Source: Oleispira antarctica RB-8 (lineage in GTDB: Bacteria; Pseudomonadota; Gammaproteobacteria; Pseudomonadales; Oceanobacteraceae). From it: a stretch of 32,000 bases of DNA. Each line of letters begins with the position of its first letter. The stretch's first letter is position 1. The stretch spans positions 1,293,350-1,325,349 of the forward strand of contig FO203512.1 in the NCBI GenBank assembly GCA_000967895.1, in the 5' to 3' direction. Shown one piece after another: positions 8,217 to 16,552 of this stretch. The position numbers and the translations under genes are program-made. The notes under the pieces are model-generated. The model was given only the letters and a program-made list of their open reading frames with translations, had not been told where the DNA came from and ran no database searches.

Positions 8217-10349
8217 TTATAGAATTTCAATGTTTGATTGCTTACGGCAATAGAACTGATACATTCCCGCAAAAATACTCTCATCGTCCTGTTCCACTGT
8301 ATCCCAATTTTCTAATGTATTGTTACCTTTTAGCTTACCAATTGTGCTTTCGAAAGCTTGGTGAGCGCTGGTGGTCGGTAGCATGCCGATAAAATCGAGC
8401 TTATTATTCGCAAGTAAATTTGAGATTTTAGTGGCTGTAAATTGATGTTCTTGTGCGTGGAATATTAAGTCACGGCAATTACTCATACTGTAAAAATCAT
8501 TAGAATTAACAATTTCATTCCAGTCTCCAGGAATTTGATTCATTAATAACGCTTGGCGTAATAATCGTTGATCCAGTGCCTTACCTTCATTTTTCTCTGA
8601 TTGCAGGTTGCTCTGTGCAATGAGTTTTCTAAAAGTGATTACTTGCTTACGTGCTGCTTCGCTGTATAGAGCAATTTTCATTACCCCAGTAGGCGATAGA
8701 AGGTGTTGTAGGCTCTGCAAGCCTTGCTCGGGGTTTTCCATGTGGTGAAGCACCCCAGAGCATTCAATGACATCAAACAAGATTGGGAAGTCGCTGAATT
8801 CTAAAATATCCGCCTGTATAAACTGAATGTTTTCTACATTATATTTACTCGCTTGTTGTTTAGCATATGCTAAAGAACGACTACTTAAATCGATAGCAAT
8901 AATATTCAAATCATTGAAGTAGCTGGCTAAACGAATAGCTTGGCGGCCTGTGCCACAACCCGCGACGAGTACGTTTAATTTTTTCTTTCCTTGCCAGTGA
9001 CTTAAATTTAAATGTGGAAAATTCTTTAATAGTGCCTGTTGATAACTACTTGCAGTATTGAAACCAATATCTTTCCAGCGCGGGTAAGGGTTTTCTTCGT
9101 ATTGAGCTTGGACTTTTAGAGAGACAGAGTTTCTATTGCCTCTATTTTTATTGTTCAGGTTTTTATTAGAGCGATTGGTATGTGACCAGTAGGGCAATTT
9201 TTTAGCCAGTTGAATTTCTTTATCACGATTGTTAATTGCGTAATCAATGATGTCGGCTAAATAACTGTTTTTTAATGCCTGTGTGACGTGCTTAGACGCT
9301 AATATTTCAGCGAGTTTTGTCTGAGATAAATCTTTGTATTGTGCCAAGATAAGAATCGCAGGAGCTATATCATCAAGCTTCCATTCAGTTTGTTCGGTTA
9401 CTTGCAGTAATAGTGTTTCTAAGCCAGAAATTATTTCTTGTTCGTTTTGGGTTACTGGCCAAACGTATTCATTTAATTGAGCTTGAACGGCCATGTCGTG
9501 CGCCAGCTCTAAATGAATGCTGGGGATGGTCATGTCTTGAACGGTATTAAATAACAAGGTTTGCCTAAGGCTAATAAATAAACGTTCTAATAAAGCATCG
9601 CAAAAATGGAAACGTTTTAAGCTATTTAATAATAACAGATCGCTCGCAATTTGATCAAACTCAAGTGGCGTGCTGGCTTCATTAATTTTAAGTTTATGAT
9701 GCAGCAGTGTCGTAATCAGATTTCTTAATAGTGAATGATCAACGTTTTCAAAATTTAGGTAGCGTAGAACGTTTGCTTCTAATTCTGGAGAATAAAAATC
9801 AGCATTAATATGTGAGGCCGATTCAAATAACTTATTCCTAATGTGTGGGTCGTTTTCTTGCGTCTTGATTAATTCTTGATACAGCTGAAATGCTTCAACG
9901 TATTTGCCTTGTTCTAAATAAGTATAAGCCAGAGATGAAGCTGAACGCGTTGCCACCTTGGATATTTTTAATGACGCGCTAAAATGTTTTTCAGCTAGGG
10001 TCAGTTGCCCTAAAGCCAAGGCAATATGGCCAGCACTGTACAGTGCGGTAGAGCTATCGGGTTTTGTGCTTAGAGCGCGATCAATAATGCTTTGCGCTTT
10101 GTGCGGATTACCCACGAATAATTCAATACGTGCATATAAGTTAAGCCCTTTAATGCCGCTAGGATTAATATCAAGGGCTTGCTTAACCTTGTACAAGGCA
10201 GTCTCTAATAAGCCCTCGTTGATATCGGTGGCATGTTCAGCAGATTGCAGCTTGGCGAAGTCACGACTCGCCTCTTGTACCAACAAGGTATAAGAGTCGA
10301 GATCAATACGACGGGTCGTTTTTGTATTAGAGGCATGTAAAAGGTTCAT
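8217..10349 (-). CDS. TPR-repeat protein with C-terminal class I SAM-dependent methyltransferase domain (710 aa)
   Basis: Methyltransferase motifs LNVLVAGCGTGRQAIRLA, NIIAIDLSSRSLAYAKQQA, IQFIQADILEF and FDVIECSGVLHHMENPEQGLQSLQHLLSPTGVMKIALYS. The N-terminus has TPR-like helices (ALDINPSGIKGLNLYARIELFVGNPHKAQSIIDRALSTKPDSSTALYSAGHIALALGQLTLAEKHFSASLKI). Confidence 0.88.
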   Translation of the reverse strand: MNLLHASNTKTTRRIDLDSYTLLVQEASRDFAKLQSAEHATDINEGLLETALYKVKQALDINPSGIKGLNLYARIELFVGNPHKAQSIIDRALSTKPDSSTALYSAGHIALALGQLTLAEKHFSASLKISKVATRSASSLAYTYLEQGKYVEAFQLYQELIKTQENDPHIRNKLFESASHINADFYSPELEANVLRYLNFENVDHSLLRNLITTLLHHKLKINEASTPLEFDQIASDLLLLNSLKRFHFCDALLERLFISLRQTLLFNTVQDMTIPSIHLELAHDMAVQAQLNEYVWPVTQNEQEIISGLETLLLQVTEQTEWKLDDIAPAILILAQYKDLSQTKLAEILASKHVTQALKNSYLADIIDYAINNRDKEIQLAKKLPYWSHTNRSNKNLNNKNRGNRNSVSLKVQAQYEENPYPRWKDIGFNTASSYQQALLKNFPHLNLSHWQGKKKLNVLVAGCGTGRQAIRLASYFNDLNIIAIDLSSRSLAYAKQQASKYNVENIQFIQADILEFSDFPILFDVIECSGVLHHMENPEQGLQSLQHLLSPTGVMKIALYSEAARKQVITFRKLIAQSNLQSEKNEGKALDQRLLRQALLMNQIPGDWNEIVNSNDFYSMSNCRDLIFHAQEHQFTATKISNLLANNKLDFIGMLPTTSAHQAFESTIGKLKGNNTLENWDTVEQDDESIFAGMYQFYCRKQSNIEIL

Positions 10350-10387
10350 GGTTCAATACCGAAATTATTTCTAGTTAATGAGACTAA

Positions 10388-10402
10388 GCAAGCCTAATGC
10401 CA
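10388..10402 (-). promoter_or_regulatory. Candidate sigma54 promoter for the minus-strand methyltransferase gene
   Basis: Minus strand reads TGGCAT-TAGGC-TTGC against consensus TGGCAC-N5-TTGC, with one mismatch and exact spacing. The element ends about 39 bp before the start codon at 10349. Confidence 0.65.
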
Positions 10403-10522
10403 ATTAAATAAAACGTTATTTTTCAATGACTTAAGAAAATTTTATATGGCTTTAATATGGGCTTGCCGCTAAGAGCGGCAGCCGATGACCGTTATGTTTT
10501 TAATAAATTACTCATAAACTAT

Positions 10523-10549
10523 TAAAGTATTCGATTGATTGGCCGTCAT
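10523..10549 (+). promoter_or_regulatory. Candidate sigma28 promoter for fliS
   Basis: TAAAG (10523-10527), N14, GCCGTCAT (10542-10549). Exact -35 and spacing; the -10 keeps GCCG but matches only 5/8 overall. Confidence 0.4.
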
Positions 10550-10586
10550 AAAAGGTGAGAAGCAGAATCAATTAAGAGGCTGAGTT

Positions 10587-11042
10587 ATGTATAACAAGGG
10601 CGCAAATCAATACCGCCAAGTCGGTATGACATCGGAGGTTGAGGGGGCTGATCCTCATCGCTTAATTCAGATGTTAATGGAAGGTGCATTGACTCGGATG
10701 TCGCAAGCAAAAGGTATGATTGATCAAAAGAATCATGAAGGAAAAGCAAAATTATTAGGTCGCGTGATGGACATCATTGCGACGCTACAATCGAGCCTTG
10801 ATCATGACAGTGGTGGCGATATTTCTTCCAATCTAGACCGTTTGTATGACTACATGAATCGTCGGTTATTGGAGGCTTCTAGTGCTAATGATACTTCAAT
10901 GATTGATGAGGTGATGGCGCTATTGTTGGAAATTAAGTCTGGTTGGGATGGGATTCGTGACGAATATTTGGCAACTAGTGGAAAAAAGCCCAATAAGCAG
11001 AGCAGTGCGCATGAGTCTTCTTTAAAGGCTTTATCTGTATAA
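10587..11042 (+). CDS. fliS: Flagellar export chaperone FliS
   Basis: MYNKGANQYRQVGMTSEVEGADPHRLIQMLMEGALTRMSQAKGMIDQKNHEGKAKLLGRVMDIIATLQSSLD matches FliS. Confidence 0.95.
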   Translation: MYNKGANQYRQVGMTSEVEGADPHRLIQMLMEGALTRMSQAKGMIDQKNHEGKAKLLGRVMDIIATLQSSLDHDSGGDISSNLDRLYDYMNRRLLEASSANDTSMIDEVMALLLEIKSGWDGIRDEYLATSGKKPNKQSSAHESSLKALSV

Positions 11043-11087
11043 AGACTAATCAAATAATGAAAAAACATCGCTTTTTTAGCTATATTC

Positions 11088-11119
11088 ATCTTTAAGCTCT
11101 AAATAGAGCTTAAAGATGC
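11088..11119. other. Strong palindrome / stem-loop between fliS and fleQ
   Basis: Perfect 14-bp arms CATCTTTAAGCTCT (11088-11101) / AGAGCTTAAAGATG (11106-11119) with a 4-nt AAAT loop; not followed by a T-run. Confidence 0.85.
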
Positions 11120-11309
11120 TTGTCATCTCACGTCCTAATCAGCTATAAAAGTCCTCTAGACAATCTAATATAAAAATAAAAATACTTGCGTCAGAAGATT
11201 GACCTATTACCAAATAGATACTTTACTATTAGCATCAAAGTCAAAATGATGGCAGAGCTGGCCTTAGATGCTAGTTGATTAAAAAATTATAAATTAAGGC
11301 ACATATCCC

Positions 11310-12773
11310 ATGTGGAGAGAAATTAAGGTTCTACTGATTGATGACGATAATCAGCGGAGCCACGATCTTAAAGTTATTTTAGATTTTCTTGGGGAAGAAG
11401 CTATTACTGTTGATGCCAATACTTGGTGTAAGCAGGTAGAAGCTGAGATCACGGAACGTAATGATATTTCGGCTGTATTACTGGGGAGTAGTACAAATAT
11501 TAGCTTAGCTAAAATGGTTGAAGATATTATTGCTTGGGATAACGGCGCGCCTATTCTTTATATTGGTGCTGAGTCTACCGATGATGTGGCAGATAATTTA
11601 CGCCGCGCTATTTTAGCCAAGATAGAAATGCCACCGAGTTATAATAAATTATTAGACAGTTTGCATCGTTGCCAAGTTTATCGTGAACAATTTACTCATA
11701 ATCGTAGTCGAGCTGAGCGTCGAGATGTTCAGTTGTTTAGAAGTCTTGTAGGTACCAGCCGTCAGATTCAAAATGTACGTGAATTAATTATGCAAGTGGC
11801 TGACAAAGATGTCAGTGTTTTAATTACGGGTGAATCCGGTACGGGCAAAGAAGTGGTTGCGCGTAATTTGCATTATCACTCCAATCGTAAATCGGGTCCT
11901 TTTGTACCTGTTAACTGTGGTGCTATTCCTGCCGAGTTATTAGAAAGCGAATTGTTTGGTCATGAGAAAGGTGCCTTCACGGGGGCGATTACAACACGCC
12001 AAGGGCGTTTTGAAATGGCTGAAGGTGGTACGCTTTTCTTAGATGAAATTGGCGATATGCCGTTGAATATGCAGGTTAAAATTCTGCGTGTTTTACAAGA
12101 GCATACCTATGAGCGAGTGGGTGGCACGAAAACAATGAAGACCAATGTGCGTATTATTGCTGCGACGCACAAGAATTTAGAGCAAATGATTGAAGGGGAA
12201 ATCTTCCGCGAAGATTTGTATTATCGATTAAACGTTTTCCCGATTGAAATGCCTGCGTTACGTGACCGTGTTGAAGATTTGCCGTTACTGTTGAACGAAT
12301 TGATTTCACGTATGGAGTATGAAAAGCGTGGTTCTATTCGTTTTAATTCTGCCGCGATTATGTCGCTATGTCGTCATGAGTGGCATGGCAATGTACGTGA
12401 ATTAGCAAACTTGGTAGAGCGTTTAGCGATTCTTCATCCTTATGGTGTTGTCGGTGTGAATGAGCTGCCCAAAAAATTCCGTCATGTTGATGAAACAGAT
12501 GAAAATGGCATGATGCAAGCTCCAGTCTTAGCGGATGTTACTCAGATTGAAAATGGTTTGGTCGGTATTGATTCTCCAGCATTATTACCTGTTAATGGCC
12601 TCGATTTAAAAGAGTACCTTAATGATTTAGAAAAATCGTTAATTCAGCAAGCGTTGGATGATTCAACGGGTGTTGTGGCTCGTGCTGCGGAGAAGTTAAA
12701 AATTCGTCGTACGACTTTGGTAGAAAAAATGCGTAAATACGATATAAGCCGCAAGGAAAAAGAAACGGCTTAA
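11310..12773 (+). CDS. fleQ: Flagellar master regulator FleQ/FlrA-type sigma54-dependent activator
   Basis: N-terminal REC-like domain ([26 protein letters not shown]), AAA+ domain with [15 protein letters not shown] and [10 protein letters not shown]-terminal [21 protein letters not shown]; located between fliS and fleSR. Confidence 0.93.
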   Translation: MWREIKVLLIDDDNQRSHDLKVILDFLGEEAITVDANTWCKQVEAEITERNDISAVLLGSSTNISLAKMVEDIIAWDNGAPILYIGAESTDDVADNLRRAILAKIEMPPSYNKLLDSLHRCQVYREQFTHNRSRAERRDVQLFRSLVGTSRQIQNVRELIMQVADKDVSVLITGESGTGKEVVARNLHYHSNRKSGPFVPVNCGAIPAELLESELFGHEKGAFTGAITTRQGRFEMAEGGTLFLDEIGDMPLNMQVKILRVLQEHTYERVGGTKTMKTNVRIIAATHKNLEQMIEGEIFREDLYYRLNVFPIEMPALRDRVEDLPLLLNELISRMEYEKRGSIRFNSAAIMSLCRHEWHGNVRELANLVERLAILHPYGVVGVNELPKKFRHVDETDENGMMQAPVLADVTQIENGLVGIDSPALLPVNGLDLKEYLNDLEKSLIQQALDDSTGVVARAAEKLKIRRTTLVEKMRKYDISRKEKETA

Positions 12774-12794
12774 TACTCGCACTAGTAAAACAAT

Positions 12795-12828
12795 AAAACC
12801 CATAAGGCTCAGTCTTGTGGGTTTTTTT
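12795..12828 (+). terminator. Rho-independent terminator downstream of fleQ
   Basis: AAACCCATAAG / CTTGTGGGTTT stem (one G-U pair) followed by a T-run. Confidence 0.85.
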
Positions 12829-12967
12829 ATGCCTGTTTTTTTTGTAGCTCGCCGTTTCTCAATTACCACTCTTTCATATTTTTCATGTCCCCCGTGTTTT
12901 TGTGGTCAGCTCTAGTGTTTAAAATTATATTTTCTGACGCTTTAATTAAAAAATCACGACGTAAAAG

Positions 12968-12983
12968 CGGCACGCTAATTGCT
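12968..12983 (+). promoter_or_regulatory. Candidate sigma54 promoter of fleSR
   Basis: CGGCAC-GCTAA-TTGCT against consensus TGGCAC-N5-TTGCW; one mismatch at the first base, exact spacing, about 55 bp before the fleS start. Confidence 0.75.
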
Positions 12984-13038
12984 GAATAGCTAGTAATACT
13001 ATTTTGATGTCGAATAACCGACACAAGCAGGAGCGTTT

Positions 13039-14313
13039 ATGGCTAGCGTCGCTTTATTAAATTCAGCGCAGAAAGATCTTTCAAATCGAGAGCTCTTGCA
13101 CAAAGAGCAACTTAATCGAGAGCAGTTGAAAGATGCCTTCAATTTATTCAGTACTATGTCAGATCAACTGTCGCAAAGTTATGAGTTTTTAGAATCTAAA
13201 GTTGAAGAGTTGAGCGGTGAACTGGCCGAAGTTTCTTATCAACGCATGCAAGAACTCGCCGATAAAGAACGTATTGCGGAGCGTTTAGAAAGCTTGTTGC
13301 ACATGTTGCCGGGCGGTATTTTATTATTGGATGGTGAAGGACGCATTCGCGAATGTAATCCCGCGGCATCAGCGCTGTTGCTGCCGAATGAAGGCAGTAA
13401 TAAGAGTGGAGTTGAAAATGATTTCTTACTTGGCAAACTCTGGCGTAACGTGATTAAAACCAGCTTTAGTCCTAAGCCTGACGATGGTCATGAGATTTCC
13501 TTGGTTGATGGTCGTCGAGTTAGTTTGCAAACTGCATCGCTAGGCTCTGAGCCGGGTCAGATTATTTTAATTACCGACCAAACCGAAACGCGAAAATTAC
13601 AAGAAAGTTTAAGCCAGCACCAGCGCTTATCTTCGATGGGAAATATGGTGGCATCGTTAGCGCATCAGATTCGTACGCCATTAAGTGCGGCGATGATTTA
13701 TGGCGAGCACTTACAAAATGAAGAATTGCAGCCAGAGCAACGAGAAAAATTCGCCAATAAAATGATGCAGCGTTTACATCACCTTGAGCATCAGATTCGT
13801 GACATGTTAATTTTTGCGCGTGGAGAAGCGCCGCTGAATGATGACATGGCGCTTTCGCAACTGTTGCATGATTGGCAGGAAGCGTTAGAAATTCCGTTGC
13901 AGCAAAATAATGCCACCTGTGAGTTCCAGGTGAATAAAGTTGATGTTCATATTCATTGTAATCGTGATGCATTAATTGGTGCGCTGATGAATCTAGTTAA
14001 CAACGCGCTTGAAGCCTGCGGCCAAGGTGCTGAACTGCATGTGAGAGTGAATGTAAATGCTCAGTTTCAGGTGAATATTGAAATTGAAGATGATGGACCA
14101 GGGTTTACCAACGCCATTAATGATCAGATATTACAGCCATTTTTTACCACCAAAAGTAATGGTACAGGCTTAGGGCTTGCGGTTGTTCAGGCCATTGCTC
14201 GCGCGCACTACGGTGAGTTCTCGATTAAATCAGCGGGCACGAAAGGCGCAATTGCGAGTTTTAAACTACCCGCACAGCCGATTGAAAAAAACCAAACTAA
14301 GACCAACCATTAA
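13039..14313 (+). CDS. fleS: PAS-containing sensor histidine kinase FleS
   Basis: H-box SSMGNMVASLAHQIRTPLSAAMIYGEHL, N-box LMNLVNNALEAC, G-box FFTTKSNGTGLGLAVVQAI; immediately upstream of fleR. Confidence 0.93.
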   Translation: MASVALLNSAQKDLSNRELLHKEQLNREQLKDAFNLFSTMSDQLSQSYEFLESKVEELSGELAEVSYQRMQELADKERIAERLESLLHMLPGGILLLDGEGRIRECNPAASALLLPNEGSNKSGVENDFLLGKLWRNVIKTSFSPKPDDGHEISLVDGRRVSLQTASLGSEPGQIILITDQTETRKLQESLSQHQRLSSMGNMVASLAHQIRTPLSAAMIYGEHLQNEELQPEQREKFANKMMQRLHHLEHQIRDMLIFARGEAPLNDDMALSQLLHDWQEALEIPLQQNNATCEFQVNKVDVHIHCNRDALIGALMNLVNNALEACGQGAELHVRVNVNAQFQVNIEIEDDGPGFTNAINDQILQPFFTTKSNGTGLGLAVVQAIARAHYGEFSIKSAGTKGAIASFKLPAQPIEKNQTKTNH

Positions 14314-14374
14314 TTGTCATTTTTAATAGTTGTGATTAAAAGCAGCTATCCAGAATAAGTACCGGAGAAACAAT

Positions 14375-15796
14375 ATGAAAATTCTAGTAGTTGAAGACGA
14401 TCCGAACTTAAGAGAAGCCATTGTTGATTCTTTGATGTTGAAAGGGCATCAGGTGCATGAAGTGTGTAATGGGGTTGAGGCAGTTAAGGTAATTGCTCAG
14501 TCTTCTTTAGACATTGTATTAAGTGACATTAATATGCCGCAGATGGATGGTTTGCAATTATTGGCGCAGGTTAAAAAGCATCAACCATGGTTGCCGATGA
14601 TTTTAATGACGGCGTATGGCGATGTGGGACAGGCGGTTAAGGCGATGCAGCTTGGGGCGAATGATTATTTGATGAAGCCTTTTGAAGTTCAGGAATTATT
14701 GTCGGTCATGAACAAGTATCAGCCGACGTCTGTGGTGGTTGAAGAAGATAAACCGATTGCTGAATCCGCTGTAAGTAAAAACTTATTTAAAATCGCGGAA
14801 AAAGTCGCGGCGACGGATTCTACCGTTTTGATTTCTGGTGAAAGTGGTACGGGTAAAGAGGTTTTAGCGCGCTATATTCATCAGTATTCGCAGCGTATTG
14901 GTCAGCCGTTTATTGCAATTAATTGCGCGGCGATTCCAGAAAATATGTTGGAAGCGATGTTGTTTGGTTATGAAAAGGGTGCATTTACTGGCGCGTATGC
15001 TGCCACTCCGGGTAAGTTTGAACAGGCTAATGGCGGTACGTTATTGCTTGATGAAATAACGGAAATGGATATTTCATTACAAGCCAAGTTATTGCGAGTT
15101 TTACAAGAACAGCAGGTTGAGCGTTTGGGGGGTAAAAAAGTCATCGATCTTGATGTGCGCATCATTGCGACGACTAACCGTGACTTAGCCGACTATGTTG
15201 CAGATGGGCATTTTCGCGAAGATTTATATTATCGCTTAAGTGTTTTCCCATTAAATTGGATGCCATTGCGTGAGCGCGTAGACGATATTAAACCGCTGAC
15301 ACAATTGTTGTTGCAAAAACATGCTGGAAAAATGAAAAAGCCGGTGCCGAATCTTAATAGCGAAGCGCAAAAGAAATTATTATCGCACCCTTGGCCGGGT
15401 AATGTTCGGGAGTTGGATAATACCGTGCAACGTGCGCTGATTTTACAGCAAGGTTTTGAAATAACCGCAGACGATTTAGTATTAACGCCTGTGCCGAAAA
15501 ATCGTCGCTTTGATGTACAAGAAGTGACAGAAAATCCGACGATTAATGTGTCCGGCAGTGAGGGTTCAGAAAGTTCAGTGGAAAGCGCCTTGGTTAATAC
15601 GTTAGGTAATACATTAGGCAGCGCTTTAGGCAGTGATTTAAAACAACGTGAAATCGAACTTATTGTGCAGGCATTGAATGAAGAACCTAGTCGCAAAGAG
15701 GCTGCTGAACGTCTAGGCATTAGTCCTCGTACCTTGCGCTATAAGGTGGCTAAGCTGCGGGAAGAAGGAATCGATATTGAAGCTCAGTTGGTTTAA
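14375..15796 (+). CDS. fleR: sigma54-dependent response regulator FleR
   Basis: REC domain MKILVVEDDPNLREAIVDSL...VLSDINMPQMDG..MTAYG, AAA+ [15 protein letters not shown] and [36 protein letters not shown]. Confidence 0.94.
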   Translation: MKILVVEDDPNLREAIVDSLMLKGHQVHEVCNGVEAVKVIAQSSLDIVLSDINMPQMDGLQLLAQVKKHQPWLPMILMTAYGDVGQAVKAMQLGANDYLMKPFEVQELLSVMNKYQPTSVVVEEDKPIAESAVSKNLFKIAEKVAATDSTVLISGESGTGKEVLARYIHQYSQRIGQPFIAINCAAIPENMLEAMLFGYEKGAFTGAYAATPGKFEQANGGTLLLDEITEMDISLQAKLLRVLQEQQVERLGGKKVIDLDVRIIATTNRDLADYVADGHFREDLYYRLSVFPLNWMPLRERVDDIKPLTQLLLQKHAGKMKKPVPNLNSEAQKKLLSHPWPGNVRELDNTVQRALILQQGFEITADDLVLTPVPKNRRFDVQEVTENPTINVSGSEGSESSVESALVNTLGNTLGSALGSDLKQREIELIVQALNEEPSRKEAAERLGISPRTLRYKVAKLREEGIDIEAQLV

Positions 15797-15825
15797 AACA
15801 ATGCTTCGTTAATAGATTAGAAAGT

Positions 15826-15841
15826 TGGCCCACAAGTTGCA
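15826..15841 (+). promoter_or_regulatory. Candidate sigma54 promoter of the fliE operon
   Basis: TGGCCC-ACAAG-TTGCA against consensus TGGCAC-N5-TTGCA; one mismatch, exact spacing, about 95 bp before fliE. Confidence 0.75.
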
Positions 15842-15935
15842 AAAAGGAAAGATAGATGGCAAAAGTGCCAAAAAAATATAGGTGAAGTTGAATTAAAAGC
15901 GTCAACTTCACGAATAAAAGGTCGAGGTGGTGGTT

Positions 15936-16538
15936 ATGGTTAATCGTGCGGATATCAACTCTGTTTTATTACAGATGCGTCAAGTACGTCAGCAAATGCA
16001 AACCACTGATCCAGCGTCGACTGTTGGCATGCAAAATACGATACAAAATCAGTTGCAAAGCCCCAATCAAAATTCTGCCGTCGGGGCACCACAAAACAGT
16101 TTTGCGGCGCAATTACAGCAGCAAAGAAGTCAGCTTGATCCTGCTGCTATGACTTCTCCTTCACCGTCTAATATGATGGCTTCGAACGTTAATCCTTCTA
16201 CCATGACCCCGTCGCAGTTTCGCAATGAATTAACTCAGCAAGATTTGATGAATCAAACTGCTGCGTTAGATACTCGTCCGGGCAATCAGATGAACTTTTC
16301 GTCGTCTGCTGCGAATCCTAGTATCGGCGAAATGATGGGCAATGCGATTAACCAAGTTAACGCTACTCAAAAACACGCGGGTAGCATGAGTACGCGTTAT
16401 ACCCAGGGTGATCCAAATATCGACTTACCCGAAGTGATGGTGGCGATGCAAAAATCCAGTGTTTCTTTTCAAGCAATGTCGCAGGTACGCAATAAGTTAT
16501 TAGAAGCGTATAAAGACATTATGAACATGCCAGTATAG
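15936..16538 (+). CDS. fliE: Flagellar hook-basal body protein FliE with unusually long N-terminal half (200 aa)
   Basis: C-terminus MGNAINQVNATQKHAGSMSTRYTQGDPNIDLPEVMVAMQKSSVSFQAMSQVRNKLLEAYKDIMNMPV is canonical FliE. The ATG at 15936, preceded by GAGGTGG, is a better start than the track's GTG at 15927. Confidence 0.93.
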   Translation: MVNRADINSVLLQMRQVRQQMQTTDPASTVGMQNTIQNQLQSPNQNSAVGAPQNSFAAQLQQQRSQLDPAAMTSPSPSNMMASNVNPSTMTPSQFRNELTQQDLMNQTAALDTRPGNQMNFSSSAANPSIGEMMGNAINQVNATQKHAGSMSTRYTQGDPNIDLPEVMVAMQKSSVSFQAMSQVRNKLLEAYKDIMNMPV

Positions 16539-16552
16539 TGGGGCGTTCTTAA

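Noticed and set aside
8183-8392. Plus-strand 69-aa ORF at the fliD/methyltransferase junction
   Set aside because: Overlaps the 3' end of the minus-strand methyltransferase gene; no recognised domain or RBS context.
10465-10479. Small GCCGCT-AAG-AGCGGC inverted repeat and adjacent GCCGATGA in the fliS upstream region
   Set aside because: GCCGATGA resembles a sigma28 -10, but no TAAA-type -35 is present at the right spacing; the 10523-10549 candidate fits better. The hairpin is too short to assign a function.
15229-15720. Minus-strand 163-aa ORF within fleR
   Set aside because: Overlaps the conserved AAA+ and HTH coding region of fleR; no domain recognised.
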